From assembly GCA_973895155.1 (NCBI GenBank), contig OZ316894.1, positions 6,720,234 to 6,784,233 of the forward strand: a stretch of 64,000 bases of DNA. The letters run 5' to 3'. Made by a program: the position numbers and the translations under genes. The notes beneath the pieces are model-generated. The model saw only the letters and a program-made list of their open reading frames with translations, did not search any database and was not told where the DNA came from. This DNA is from Marsupella aquatica (taxonomy: Eukaryota > Plantae > Marchantiophyta). Below are positions 1 through 12,500 of the stretch, piece by piece; positions within the stretch are counted from its first letter, which is position 1, and every line of letters begins with the position of its first letter.

Positions 1-81
1 GTCATCTTGCTGTCACTGAGCACTATTCTATTATTTAATTTGCAAATATGTACCCACTCTGCAAATTTGAGACTTGCGTAG

Positions 82-1568
82 TCAGGCCTCCCACAAGGAT
101 CCACCTGGCTGCCTGTTCAGCTGCAACACACGAGCCATGACTGCCCTCTGTAACCTTGTACCAGCTGCTCTTGCCCTCCTACTCCTGGCAATGTCAGAAT
201 GTATGTTTCCGCCTACATGTCTATCATCCTCTTCAGGAGGGCCAGGTGGCCATGCAGACATTTCAGCTTCTGTCCACTCATCCCTTTGTCCTAAAACATA
301 GTTGTGCAGTAGCGCACACACACGAATCCAACGGCACATCCACACATTATCCTTTTTCCCATTAAGCTGTGTGCGTATCTCTTTCAAAGAAAACCAACAC
401 GATTTGAGAACCCCGATGCAATGCTCGTTCACATATCTAGTCTTTGCAATACATGTATTCCAATCCTCTTTGTCCTTCTATCCAAATGTATTTTTGTAAG
501 CTGCCACCATGTGAGGTGCATTCACATAACCTGAATCCCCAATGAGATACTGGCCTTCATCAAATGCAGAGTTTCCATGAATTTTTTGCCAAAGGATGTT
601 CCTCTTCAAGACTGTGATGTCTGAACAAGACCCCGGCATTCCTGTCATTGCACTTCAAAACATGAGCAAGTTACAATTCATAAATTTAGAGTAATACATA
701 AATCATGCAAAGAAAAACAATAATGGTCCTCACCTGCGCTGAGGTAAGTTATTTTTCTCTTATGGTCGCAAACTACCTGTGCATTGATGGAGTATCTTGA
801 TTTCCTGTCAAAGTAACACTCCCCGTGATTTTTGGGACGTTGTGTCAATGGCAGGGTAGTACCGTCAATCAGGCCTATGCACCCATGGAAGCCCTTCTTT
901 GAAAATTCCTGTGATATCTGACTTCGCTCAATCCTATCCGGCCATTTGAGCAAATCAGTAAGGGCACACTCCAAGGCAGTGATGCATCTACTTGTGTAGT
1001 TCACACAGGATCCAATACTGACACCCCAAAGAAGCAGAGTTCTCTTCAAACAAACTCCATTTCCTGTATGTCCCAACCTATCTAAACAGGTGGCTAGTTG
1101 AAGTGAGACTGGGGCCTGTTGATGATGTGAATTGTTCAAGAAAATAGGATTCAATTCAATCAAGGCCAGGAGGCCAAAAAAAGCGTCTTTATCCATCCTA
1201 CAAATTTGCCGGAAGTCACTATGGGGGAGGATTGTTTGAAAAAATGTGTCAGCAAATTCCTTAGCTCGAGGAGTTTTAGATCTTTTCTCATAGTACCTCT
1301 CGCTATCCAACAGAGCATACAAGTCCAGCCACTGGGATGGTTTTGCATTCAGATCAGTGGGATCACTTGTTATTCCATCATCTGAATCTGAAGATGAGTC
1401 AGCATCAGCAATATCACTATTTGAGGTGATGAAGCCACTACTCTGAGAGGAGGAATCAGAGGACCCACTCATGCCATCATTGTCAGTAGAGCTTTCCATC
1501 ATGATACTCAAATAAAGTTGTTCTCGAGCCCATTTCAGACATTGTTGGCGATTTGAGACCTTTGGCAT
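82..1568 (-). pseudogene. PIF/Harbinger (HARBI1-like, DDE_Tnp_4) transposase, 2 exons (1568-734, 641-82), one in-frame stop
   Basis: Motifs GCIGLIDGT, YFDRKSRYSINAQVVCD, GMPGSCSD (across a GT-AG intron at 733-642), YLIGDSGY, RYVNEHCIGVLK and CALLHNY give a full DDE triad. Premature TAG at 480-478. Confidence 0.9.
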
Positions 1569-1755
1569 GATTTGAGAATGGCAATTTTCACCCCGACACT
1601 GCAAGGGAGCACATACAACACTCTTTCAACATACGCAATTACAATCAGAACTGGAAAAGGTGATTTTCATTTGAAATATATCATGATCGTGGATACATAT
1701 ATCACAGAACCTATAGTAGTACACAGAACTGTTAGTCCTACGCCCTGAATGAAAG

Positions 1756-2421
1756 CTAGTCCTCATCACCTAAATCTACACTCCTAATAGCCTTGCAGAG
1801 CTCCTCCAACAATTTCTTAGTAGAACCCCGAGTAGAAGTGCCTGTTTTTGCAGGAGTACATTTGCTTTTAGTCGGTGTCTGGTAAGAACTACTTCCAGAT
1901 TTTGGACTCCCGCAACAGTGTAACGTAATAGGCATAGGGATTTGCGGAGCATTCAACAAAGTCAAATGCTGTATTGTGATTCCCTTGTCCGTAGTTCTCA
2001 AAAGCACCTTTGCTCTCGGAGTGCTTTGCATGAGCGCATCCAAATAAGCAATTTGTTGTCTCTCAGTACAAGTACTAAATTCCTCGGCATTGCATCCAAG
2101 GAGCACCGATGCATCATCCCATAGGTTGACATGGAGAGGGGGCGTGCCTCCATGGATGGCATCAAATATGATGACCTTAAACCTAAACTTCAGCAGAGGG
2201 CCGGAAGTATGCGTGGAACAGGGCCCAAATTCCAAGGATTTGGAACAAATCCTACCTTTTTATAGTCTATGCGAGCAGGCATTGTACACAAATTTGCGAG
2301 GATACGGATTAGGAGCAATGTAGTTGATTAGCCACACTAATGCGGGAGGGAAGGTCGAGTTGTCGCCTCTGTCCATACTATCATCGACCTCAGAGAGACA
2401 GGTCCACTCTCCCATATCTTC
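1756..2421 (-). pseudogene. RPA1 C-terminal (OB-fold/zinc-ribbon)-like gene fragment next to the transposase
   Basis: Reading through TAA 2262-2260 gives FVYNACSHRL*KGRICSKSLEFGPCSTH...FRFKVIIFD...VNLWDDASVLLGCNAEEF, which resembles the RPA70C pattern. Acceptor ttttcacag at 2422; donor GTGAGT at 2536. Confidence 0.6.
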
Positions 2422-3684
2422 CTGTGAAAACAAAAATTGAACTCAGACATGCCGGCCCTTCACATGTATTCTCGTTGAGAATTCGAATCCAGTGCTAGTG
2501 GCTTTCAACTACACCGCAATGGAAATATGAACTCACCAAATTTGATGTCACGAGAGGCCCACTGAGTTGTGGATTTGGTTTCTTCTTCCACGTACGCAAG
2601 CTTGCGCAATCACCACTCCTACCGATGAATGTTGAGAATCAAGGCGATGACACACTCGCGTCGCCAAGCTCCCTTGTATCTGTGCATAGTCGCAGCACAA
2701 GCTATGGTGGTCGTCCTTCTGTGAGGATGGCCCGACATTGGAGAAGAAAGTCGCGAGATGCAACTTTAGTTCAAAATTACGGCCAATCGACCGTTTCAAA
2801 GTATCAGTCCCGGGCAACGGTAAATCGCCGCGGGAGGTGTGTGCGGGCTAGGCTAAGGGTGTGCCGCACACTTTTCAGCCGCGTCCGCCCGAACCTAACT
2901 CGGCCGGCCGCTAAAATGTCCCGGGCCGATATTTGAGACCCCCTAATATTGCGAGTCACTGGCCGGCACACCGCCGAGTCCAGTCTCATATTAGTGGGAA
3001 CGGGGCTCTGCCATGGAACCCGACTGAGGCCGCTGAATGCTGGGAGTGGGAGGCACGCACTGGTGAGAGAGTCGCCAACCAACACAGCAGAAAGAGCGGA
3101 CGGAGAAAAAGGTCAGGGGACCAAGACCGGTGGAGCTTTCCCGTCAAAATCGTCTGAGAGGAGAGGTATTCTCCAGCAGTCTCGACCGCATTTCGTGGTT
3201 GGCGGATCTGGTAGCACCTCAATGATTTTGACGCTGCACTCATTTCCTTCCTAACTCTGTGATGCATTACCGTATTTCAGGAGGAACGCAGCTGAGACTC
3301 ATCAAGATTGTGATCGACAGTGGGTGAGGGAGACGGATCCAATTGCTCGTGTCTGACCCAATTCTTCCGTGTTTTGGGTGCTGAATTGGCCCGGCTGCGA
3401 GAATCCATGTTAAAGTGCGTGGCCGCATTGGTCAGACGGTGATGCGAAGGATAGATTGATCGTCGATAATTCGGGAGGGGCACGGGAGGACAGCAGGGAT
3501 TGTTCGTGAGGTGTTTGTCGTGTGCGGATTGCGGACCAGGTTGTGAGCTGTGGGCTGGCCTGCAGCAAGTAGGAAGGAGTTTGAAGGTGGGCGTTGAGGA
3601 AAGGGAAGAACTTCAATCAGCGCAGGGTAGTAGAAGAGCGTCTCAATCAGGGAGGGAGCGAGGGACTCTGCTGGTAGGGGCAAA

Positions 3685-5514
3685 ATGGCATCCGGACAGC
3701 TCTTCTCGCAGACAACACAAGCTCTTTTCTACAATTACAAACAGAGCCCCGTGCAGCGGATGCTCGATTTTGATTTCCTCTGTGGACGGGAGCTCCCTTC
3801 AGTGGCAGGGGTGATCAACCCCGGCTCAGATGGCTTCCAGAAGCTTTTCTTCGGACAGCAGGAGATCGCTATCCCCCTCCATGGCTCTATTGCAGCGGCC
3901 TGCAAGGCCCATCCAACTGCAGATGTGTTCATCAACTTCGCGTCCTTCCGGAGCGCTTTCGCCTCATCGATGGAGGCTCTGCTCCAGCCTACGGTTAGGG
4001 TTGTAGCGATCATTGCAGAGGGAGTCCCAGAAGGCGATGCGAAGAAGCTCATTGCTTACGCCCGGTCGAACAACAAGGTGATCATCGGGCCTGCCACAGT
4101 GGGAGGGATACAGGCAGGAGCGTTCAAGATTGGGGACACTGCAGGCACTTTGGACAATATCGTCCAATGCAAGCTCTACCGCCCGGGGTCGGTCGGGTTC
4201 GTCTCGAAATCTGGCGGCATGTCGAACGAAATGTACAATGTACTCGCACGGGTGACTGATGGTCTTTACGAAGGAATTGCGATTGGCGGAGATGCTTATC
4301 CAGGTTCTACTCTCTCTGATCACGTCCTCCGATTCAACAACATACCGCAGATCAAGATGATTGTTGTCTTGGGAGAGTTAGGCGGTCAGGACGAGTACTC
4401 GTTAGTCGATGCAATGCTGCAAGGGAAAGTGAAGAAGCCGGTGGTGGCCTGGGTTAGCGGCACTTGCGCATCGTTGTTTAAGTCAGAGGTTCAGTTTGGC
4501 CATGCTGGTGCCAAGAGTGGAGGAGAGCTGGAGTCGGCCCAAGCAAAGAACAAGGCACTGCAGAAAGCAGGCGCCATTGTCCCGACTTCATTTGAATCCT
4601 TTGAGCAGGCCGTCAAGGACACGTACGAAAAATTGCTAGCAGAGAAAGTCATCACTCCCATAGTCAGCTCCAGCCCGCCTAAGGTGCCTGAGGATCTGAA
4701 CGTTGCGATTAAGAACGGGCGAGTCCGAGCCCCGACGCACATTGTGTCTACAATTTGTGATGACAGGGGAGAGGAGCCTACTTATGCCGGAGTTCCGATG
4801 TCCACCATCATCGAGAAAGACTACGGCATTGGTGACGTTATTTCTCTCCTTTGGTTCAAGCGTAGCCTGCCTCGCTACTGCACGAAATTCATCGAGATGT
4901 GTGTCGTGCTGTGCGCGGATCACGGACCCTGTGTGTCTGGTGCTCACAATGCGATAGTCACATCTCGTGCTGGTAAAGACTTGGTGTCTTGTCTTGTGTC
5001 CGGGCTTCTCACCATCGGTCCGCGCTTCGGCGGGGCTGTCGATGATGCAGCTCGGTACTTCAAAGATGCACATGACAAGAATCTCACTCCCTACGAATTC
5101 GTGGAAGCGATGAAGAAGAAGGGAATCCGAGTCCCTGGAATTGGGCATAGGATCAAGAGCCGTGACAACAGGGACAAAAGGGTGGAATTGCTCCAACAAT
5201 ATGCACGCACGCAATTTCCTTCCGTTAAGTATATGGAATATGCGGTCACTGTGGAGACATATACCCTGACGAAGGGAAACAATTTGGTGTTGAATGTCGA
5301 TGGTTGTATAGGAGCGCTATTCCTGGATCTCCTTGCCAGCTCCAGTTTGTTTTCACAGCAGGAAATAGACGAAATTGTAGAAATTGGTTATTTGAATGGG
5401 CTCTTTGTCCTAGCCCGTAGTATTGGTCTCATTGGGCACACTTTCGATCAGAAGAGGTTGAAACAGCCTCTATACCGACATCCTTGGGAGGATGTTCTGT
5501 ACACTAAGTACTGA
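3685..5514 (+). CDS. ACLB: ATP-citrate lyase (ATP-citrate synthase) beta chain, 609 aa, single coding exon
   Basis: MASGQLFSQTTQALFYNYKQ start, VFINFASFRSA, IIGPATVGGI, phospho-His motif VQFGHAGA, ADHGPCVSGAHN, VPGIGHRIKS and C-terminal LYRHPWEDVLY are all plant ACLB hallmarks. Confidence 0.98.
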   Translation: MASGQLFSQTTQALFYNYKQSPVQRMLDFDFLCGRELPSVAGVINPGSDGFQKLFFGQQEIAIPLHGSIAAACKAHPTADVFINFASFRSAFASSMEALLQPTVRVVAIIAEGVPEGDAKKLIAYARSNNKVIIGPATVGGIQAGAFKIGDTAGTLDNIVQCKLYRPGSVGFVSKSGGMSNEMYNVLARVTDGLYEGIAIGGDAYPGSTLSDHVLRFNNIPQIKMIVVLGELGGQDEYSLVDAMLQGKVKKPVVAWVSGTCASLFKSEVQFGHAGAKSGGELESAQAKNKALQKAGAIVPTSFESFEQAVKDTYEKLLAEKVITPIVSSSPPKVPEDLNVAIKNGRVRAPTHIVSTICDDRGEEPTYAGVPMSTIIEKDYGIGDVISLLWFKRSLPRYCTKFIEMCVVLCADHGPCVSGAHNAIVTSRAGKDLVSCLVSGLLTIGPRFGGAVDDAARYFKDAHDKNLTPYEFVEAMKKKGIRVPGIGHRIKSRDNRDKRVELLQQYARTQFPSVKYMEYAVTVETYTLTKGNNLVLNVDGCIGALFLDLLASSSLFSQQEIDEIVEIGYLNGLFVLARSIGLIGHTFDQKRLKQPLYRHPWEDVLYTKY

Positions 5515-6400
5515 GAATTCATTTGCTAATAGTCGGTTATTAATACGACAGCAGCAGCCACGACGTTCGACTGTGTTAATGAGGAGAAGACTAGACAACC
5601 CCGCTAGCGCTCCCTGTTTTATTTTAGATTCCGGAGCTGAATTTTAGAAGGAAGTCTTGCTCCTTCAGAGTGTTGACCATTCATTATTTCCGCTTTTTCT
5701 CGGCGAGCTTTGTTGTATTTATGTCCATCTATATTTTTCGAAAGCAAGCGGCACCCAAGGCTGCAAATCTCATTCGATATCGGTGAATCAGGTGTGTCCT
5801 CAAGGTAGTCATGGATTTGGTGGGGGGGTGTTTGGTCTCGTCTCAGTGTCACCTTGCATCCAGAATTCAGAGTTGAGTTTGTGGGCCCCAACTCGTCTAA
5901 TTTATCAAACGTAAAACAAGGTGCAAAAAAGTTTGTGGAGGTATATGGTTTTGTGTCGGATGGCCTTGTGCTCTGTTCTTGACAGCTCTTAACTTGACTG
6001 AGTGGTATCATTTTAAACGTTCTATCTAACAAGCACGACGCCAACGGCGTCTTCACATTAAGGAAATCAAACTTCGTCTCTCCTTTCCGTCACCCAATTT
6101 CAGTTCACCCAGATCCTTGATTCACATGAATCATTGGAAACGAAAGCTGTCTGCTTTATTTGCATGTGGCGCATAATCTATTCAGAGGAACAATTTGACA
6201 ATTTCTTGGTTGAAGACAGATGCATTCTCAATATGATTCTGTCGCTCCGACTTTGTTCACCGAATTTTCGTTATTTCCATGTGGCGCCTAATCTATTTAG
6301 GGGAACAGTTGGACAGATTCTTGGTTGAAAACAGAAATGCATTCTCAATATGATTGAATTCTGTCACTCCTACTTCTTTCACCTAATTTTCAGGTCATGG

Positions 6401-6548
6401 AGACTTTTGGTACACATGAATTGGGTGGTCCTATTCTGACCTGTCTACTTATTACTCTGCCTCTCCTACTTCTTTCACCGAAGTGGAAGAAGACTTTTGG
6501 TGCACATGAATTGGGTGGTCCTTTTCTGACCTGGCTACTTATTACTGT
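6401..6548. repeat. Tandem duplication, 90-bp period
   Basis: agacttttggt(a/g)cacatgaattgggtggtcc... occurs at 6401 and 6491. Confidence 0.85.
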
Positions 6549-6582
6549 GAGCAGAGTGCTTGCCGAATCACTTCGGGTATAC

Positions 6583-6880
6583 CTGAAATCAACAAAGACT
6601 TGGGAGTGGCGAATTTCTTTGATTATATCTGAAATTAACAAGGACTTGGGAGTGGCGAATTTCTTTGGTCATACCTGAAATCAACAGACATGTTACTGGC
6701 GAATTTCTTTCGTTATTCCTGAAATCGACAAAGACTTGGGGCTGGCGAATTTCTTTGGTTATATCTGAAATCCACAGAGACTGAAGACTGGCGAATTTCT
6801 TTTGGCTATACCTGAAATCAACAAAGTCTTGAGACTGGAGAATTTCTTCTGGCTAGCTGAAATCAACAAAGATTTGGGAC
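6583..6880. repeat. Minisatellite, about 6.5 copies of a 44-47 bp unit
   Basis: ctgaaatcaacaaagacttggg-gtggcgaatttctttggttata units start at 6583, 6629, 6675, 6719, 6765, 6812 and 6857. Confidence 0.9.
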
Positions 6881-7756
6881 TTGGTGGTTGTCGTGGTATG
6901 GAACGCTAGCTCAGAACAGAGCACTTCCTTATTTCTCCCGGGAATCACACTTCATTATTACACATAGTCAGGATGAAGTGGCAAATTGTCAGGGCTGGCA
7001 CATGCTTCGCCTTCATCCACACATGCAAATGATTGTCACTTCATTCAAGTTTACACTATGTAGCCAAACTTTGGCATAGAACAGAGTTGTACTTGAAAGA
7101 ACAGGGTGACTTGAAAGGTCATTGTGAACCCTAAAAATGAGTAGCAGTAAATTCTTGCACCGAACACATATTGACATTGTGCAGCACTGCTGTGAACTTG
7201 AAGTTATCTCATTCTTATTATCTCATTCTGCTCCAGCAAAACTGCTGATGACTTAGAGGGGAGCACATCCTAATGCCTTTCTGGCAATTTCAACCCTTAT
7301 TTGAATCCCAAGTAGTTAAAGTGAGAGAAGACAATCAACTCACCGTGGACAATCAATTAGCCTGATTGTGGTCCACATAGCCTGAGTTGGCCACATTACT
7401 AAATTTGAAACATCCTCAAAGGGATAATTGGCCCTAATATTTCAGGGCAATAGTAAAAAGATTCTTTGCAAGACTGTTCATCAGAGGTGCCTTTTGGAAT
7501 CTGTGCTTTGTGGTACTTTGTCTTTAAACTGCCACTAGCCATATAAAAGGAGGAAGTGTCCAAAATTTCTCCCTTTTTTACATTCCACTCATTCTTCTCC
7601 CTCTCACGAGTCACGAGTGCCATTTTGTTCCACAATTTCAGGAAAAGTGTACTATGTATGGTGAAACCTGGTGGATCATTAGGGACTAACCTCAAGATCA
7701 GAGACCTAAAGTATGTTTTCTTCAAACACAATGTCATTTTAACACAGCGCCCAAGC

Positions 7757-7892
7757 ATTGTGTTTGAATATTGGCTTTGTGTTCAAGTTGGACACCGTGT
7801 TTGAGATTGGACCCTAAACTATGCAATCTACATTGAGCACAAATAGCAAAGCATTCAAGAATCACATGTCAATGCCAATATTCAAACACAAT
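7757..7892. repeat. 19-bp perfect inverted repeat enclosing about 100 bp (MITE-like or foldback)
   Basis: attgtgtttgaatattggc (7757-7775) pairs with gccaatattcaaacacaat (7874-7892). Confidence 0.7.
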
Positions 7893-8904
7893 TTCAGTAT
7901 TAGAACAAGACACCCATTTTCAAACACACCACCCTACAAATACAAAAATTAAAAATTAAAACACGTAGTCAAAACTTGAATACAACGCCCCGGGCACATT
8001 ATTTGAATATAGCGCCCCATGGTCCACTATTCAAATACAAGGCCATGGCGGTATCTTGGGGGAAGACGGTAGTGATGGTCTAATAAACAAAGGTAAAATC
8101 TGACTTTGCATGAAATTTGGGCTGGTCTTTGAGTGTGAAGAAAGGAGAAAAGAACCTGAAATAGTAGGAGCAAGAAGGCTTGTTAGGGATCAATGTGCAT
8201 GACTATGATGATTCCATGATCACCAAGGAAGTAATGCCAGGATGGAAGGGCAAAGTTGTCTGTGGCAACTAGTATGGAATCTTTACAACGACTGTAGGCA
8301 AATTGAGTTAGGCTTAATTAAAGGGCTAAGTATGGATGATGACTTGACGGCCTTAGGGTGTCTTGCATGTGCAAGGTCTTAAAAAATGTGGCCCTTACCA
8401 GTCCACAAATGTAGGTAAAAAGTGCATGTTGTCTCAAATCTGCGCCCATCAGCACAAGCAGGACAACATGTGTAAAGATTGTTTTGCATGTTTTATGTGA
8501 GATTCAAAGGTCATAACGTTGCGGCCCTTGCCCTTGAAAGTCCTCAACTATTGGTGTTTGGACTGGCTGATGAGGGGGCTGAGGCAGAAAGACTTGCATA
8601 ATGCAAAGATGTCACTTGAACACTTAAAGGGCCGATTTTCTCAAGACTCTTGGAAGAGAATCTAGACCGGACAAGACAACATCAACAGGTGTGAACAATC
8701 ATCCATAGACTCCAACACTGAAAATATGTGGTTCACCCAGTCTGGGCTACGTCCACAGCCGTGAGAGAAATCCAGTACTTAATGCAAAATGATTACGCCC
8801 ACCATAGCCAACATGCTAGAGCTCCTCTTTTCTCACACTTTCTCCTCAGTCTAGAGTGAACCTTGAAGTGTGAGCACAAGTTGTCTTCCCCTTGTGTATA
8901 CCCC

Positions 8905-9379
8905 TGTTGAGCATAGACGACGATCGCAACGGCAAGCCCATGAACCATCCAACGCACAATAGTCGACACAAGAGATACGTGGTTCACCTCCTTGAGGCTA
9001 CGTCCACGGGAACACACAAGAGAACTTTACTGAACTCTAAGCCCGTCGGCTATACCGAGTCTCCACAGTGTAAGCTCTCCCTATCTCTCAAGTGGCTCCA
9101 TAACAATGAGCCTTGGTTCTACCTCTCCAAGCACACATGCCTCTTATGATATAGTGTGCAACTTAGTTGTACCTAACCACATAGTTGTACCTAACCACAT
9201 AGTTGTACCTAATCACGTAGTTGTACCTAACCACATAGTTGTACCTAATCACGTAGTTGTACCTAACCACATAGTTGTACCTAATCACATAGTTGTACCT
9301 AACCACGTAGTTGTACCAACCCACGTTGTTGTACCAACCACGTCATACCTAACCTAGACGTAAGAGTAAATACCCAACA
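8905..9379 (-). repeat. 3' LTR of the copia element
   Basis: tgttgagcat...tacccaaca; identical by eye to 14273-14747. Confidence 0.97.
9165..9343. repeat. About 10 copies of an 18-bp unit in LTR U3 (also at 14533-14711)
   Basis: Unit agttgtacctaa(c/t)cac(a/g)t. Confidence 0.95.
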
Positions 9380-9380
9380 A

Positions 9381-9390
9381 TCTTCCCCTT
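9381..9390 (-). promoter_or_regulatory. Polypurine tract of the copia element
   Basis: AAGGGGAAGA on the minus strand just before the 3' LTR. Confidence 0.85.
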
Positions 9391-9570
9391 GACTCTGGTC
9401 TAGGGGAGAGTAATACTGCCAATGTATATGATCCCTCAACGGGAAGTTCTGGACAGAAACCAAACCGGTTTCCCTCTTTAACTAGAGCAAACCAGAACTA
9501 AGCCGTAGCCTAATACATAGGAATGAGGAAGAGCATATATCAGTAATTACAATGAATGTTTAAGAAAACT

Positions 9571-12500
9571 CTACTTGTGATGCAATTGCAAAACCTGCAA
9601 TACGTCACGGTGTCTAGAGAAACTCTCCAAAGGAATCACTTTGGTAAATGCGTCAGCCGGGTTGAGTTTACCATCAATCTTGACTAGCTCAAACAAATTA
9701 TCAGACACAGCCTGCCTGATAAAATGGTACCTGACGTCAATGTGCTTCACTCTACTGTCCATCACCTGGTTCACAGCAAGGTGGAGCGCACTTTGACTAT
9801 CACAATGGAGCTTCACATTCCCCTGTGGCAATCCCATTTCAGTGATAAGTCTATCCAACCAAATCGCTTCCTTTGCTGCTTCCGCAACTGCAACATACTC
9901 CGCTTCTGTAGTAGACTGAGCAATACACTTCTGCAAAGTAGACCTCCAACTTATGCATCCACCGCCAAGTGTGAACACGTATCCTGTTGTTGATCTCCTT
10001 CGGTCCAAATCTTGTCCATAGTCAGAATCTACATAGCCAATCAATGATCTAGCATTCTTTGCATTCGCATCAAATAAAAGACCATGATCCACGGTACCCT
10101 TCAAGTACCTGATAATCCACTTCACTGCTTCCCAGTGTACCTTCCCTGGATTCGACATGTACCTGCTCACCTTGCCCATAGCCATGGCAAGATCAGGTCT
10201 AGTGCAAGTCATCAAATACATGAGACTCCCCACTGCCTTGTCATATGGAACCTTTGACATCAACCCCTTCTCTGTGTCATCCGTAGGACAGAACGCTGAT
10301 GATAACTTGAAGTGTGGAGCCAACGGGGTACTTACTGGCTTGCTATTCTCCATGTTGAACCTTGCAATTACCTTCCTCGCATAACTGCTCTGCGTCAACC
10401 ATAGCTTGCCAGCCTCCAAGTCCCTAGTGATCTCCATACCCAAAATCCTCTTAGCTGGCCCTAAGTCCTTCATCTTAAACTCTGCACTAAGCAGTGCCTT
10501 GAGCTTAACAATCTCAGACCTATCCTTGGCTGCAATTAGCATGTCATCCACATAAAGTACTAAAACAATGAACCCAAAGACAACATTCTTCACCGGTTTC
10601 AAATACACACAAGGGTCAAATACACTTCTGTGAAAACCTTGTGACCGAATCCAATCGTCAAACCGCTTGTTCCACTGTCTTGGTGACTGCTTCAACCCAT
10701 ACAAGGATTTCAGCAATCTGCAAACCAATTCCTCCTGTCCTCTCTTCACAAAACCTAGCGGTTGTCTCATGAAGATCACCTCTTCCAATGTGCCATAGAG
10801 GAAAGCTGTGACAACATCCATCTGATCTAGGAGCAGACCAAACATTACAACAAGTACACACAATAGTCGTATTGTAGAGTACTTAGCAACTGGTGAGAAG
10901 ACCTCATTGTAATCCACACCTTTCTCTTGTGTGAATCCCTTTGCTACCAATCTAGCCTTGTAGACCTTCGATCCACCTCCTATGGAATTATCCTTCAGCT
11001 TGTAAATCCACTTGCTGTCCACCACTTGCTGACCCTTAGGCAGCTTAACAAGCTCCCAAGTTTTGTTGTCCTTTAGTGACTGCATCTCCGTTTGCATTGC
11101 TGCAGTCCACTTATGCTTCTCTTTTGAAGCACTTGCCTCATGAAATGAAGAAGGTTCTCCTTCTTCCAAAATTAACGCATCACCCTCATCATCAGCTGTA
11201 AAATCATCCTCTTGCAGTTGAGATGAATCAACCCACTGTCCATACCTTGATGGAGCGTGTACAGTGCGACCAGATGTTCTTCTAGTCGATGACTCCGGTT
11301 GATCTGCGTGTGCTGGTACAATTTGAAGCTCAACAGCATCCACTTGTTGCTCACCAGCATCAACAAACTCCTCTGGTTCCTCTGGCATAGGAACCAGCTC
11401 CATAATTGGAGCAACTCCTTCTCTCCGGTCATGCATCACATAACCAATCTCCCCCTCAACGAGATCCGGGATAGGAGATTTTCCTTTGTCAGTACGGGAG
11501 ACCTGAGTATTCTCCCCCTCCTTCAATAATTTGGATTCATTGAAGGAAACATCCCTACTGACAACGAGCTTACAGGCAATAGGATCCCATAGCCTATAGG
11601 CTTTCACACCACTCTGGTACCCAAGAAAAACACATTTCCTGGAGGTAGGATCCAACTTGGTCCTATTCTGCTTTGGTGTGAGAGCATATGCATCACTTCC
11701 AAAAATTACCAAGCCATGATAGTCTGCTTGCCGCTTATAGCGCATCTCAAACGGCGTTTTGAAATTGATAGCACTAGAAGGAGAAAGATTTACCAAATAA
11801 GCTGCGGTATTGACAGCTTCTGCCCAAAATTCTTGTGGTAAACCTGATTGGCTCAACATACTCCGTGACCGCTCCAACAGTGTCCGATTGAGCCTCTCAG
11901 CGACACCATTCTGCTGCGGAGTATAAACTGTGGTGAGATGGCGAGTTATCCCCTGTTCTGAACAGTACTCTTCAAATTCCATTGAAGTGTACTCCCCGCC
12001 GTTGTCTGACCTCAGACTCTTCACCCTTGTATCCAAACACTTGATCGTGTTTCCAGTCTGATTCTCCACCTGGGCCTTCCACTTCTTAAAAATGGACAAG
12101 ACATCAGACTTATGCGTCATGAAATAAATCCACACAAATCTTGAGTAATCATCAATAAATGATACATAGTACAACTTTCCAGAGTGTGAGGGAGTCGGGG
12201 ATGGACCCCACACGTCACTATGTATGTACTCAAGAACCGCTTTGGAACGATGAGTTCCAACACCAAAAGCACGACGATGCTGCTTTCCAAGAATGCAATG
12301 CTCACAAAACTCTAATTTACAAGATTGCAAATCAGAAATGAGTCCATTCTTCCGTAAGATAGCCAAACCCTTCTCACTCATGTGGCCTAGCCGTGAATGC
12401 CACAGTTGAGTCATCTCCTCGTGAGACTTGGTTACATTGGCCTCTCCACATACAGTATTGCCCTGTAACACATACAAATTCTTTTGTCTACTCCCCTTCA

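Larger units (their letters stand above)
1..2943 (-). mobile_element. PIF/Harbinger-like DNA transposon, other end presumably left of the window
   Basis: Contains the transposase. Candidate terminus ...ATATTTGAGACCCCC (ends 2943) is followed by TAA, fitting Harbinger GGG/CCC termini and a TWA target duplication. Partner TIR not visible. Confidence 0.5.

Noticed and set aside
6583-6880. CRISPR-like appearance of the 46-bp array
   Set aside because: Whole units are repeated with no unique spacers; eukaryotic context and no cas genes.
8330-8620. Degenerate zinc-knuckle-like coding remnant
   Set aside because: Too many stops and frameshifts to support a call.
9106-9357. ORF with (HIVVPN)n repeats (also 14474-14725)
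   Set aside because: Incidental antisense translation of the 18-bp LTR repeat.
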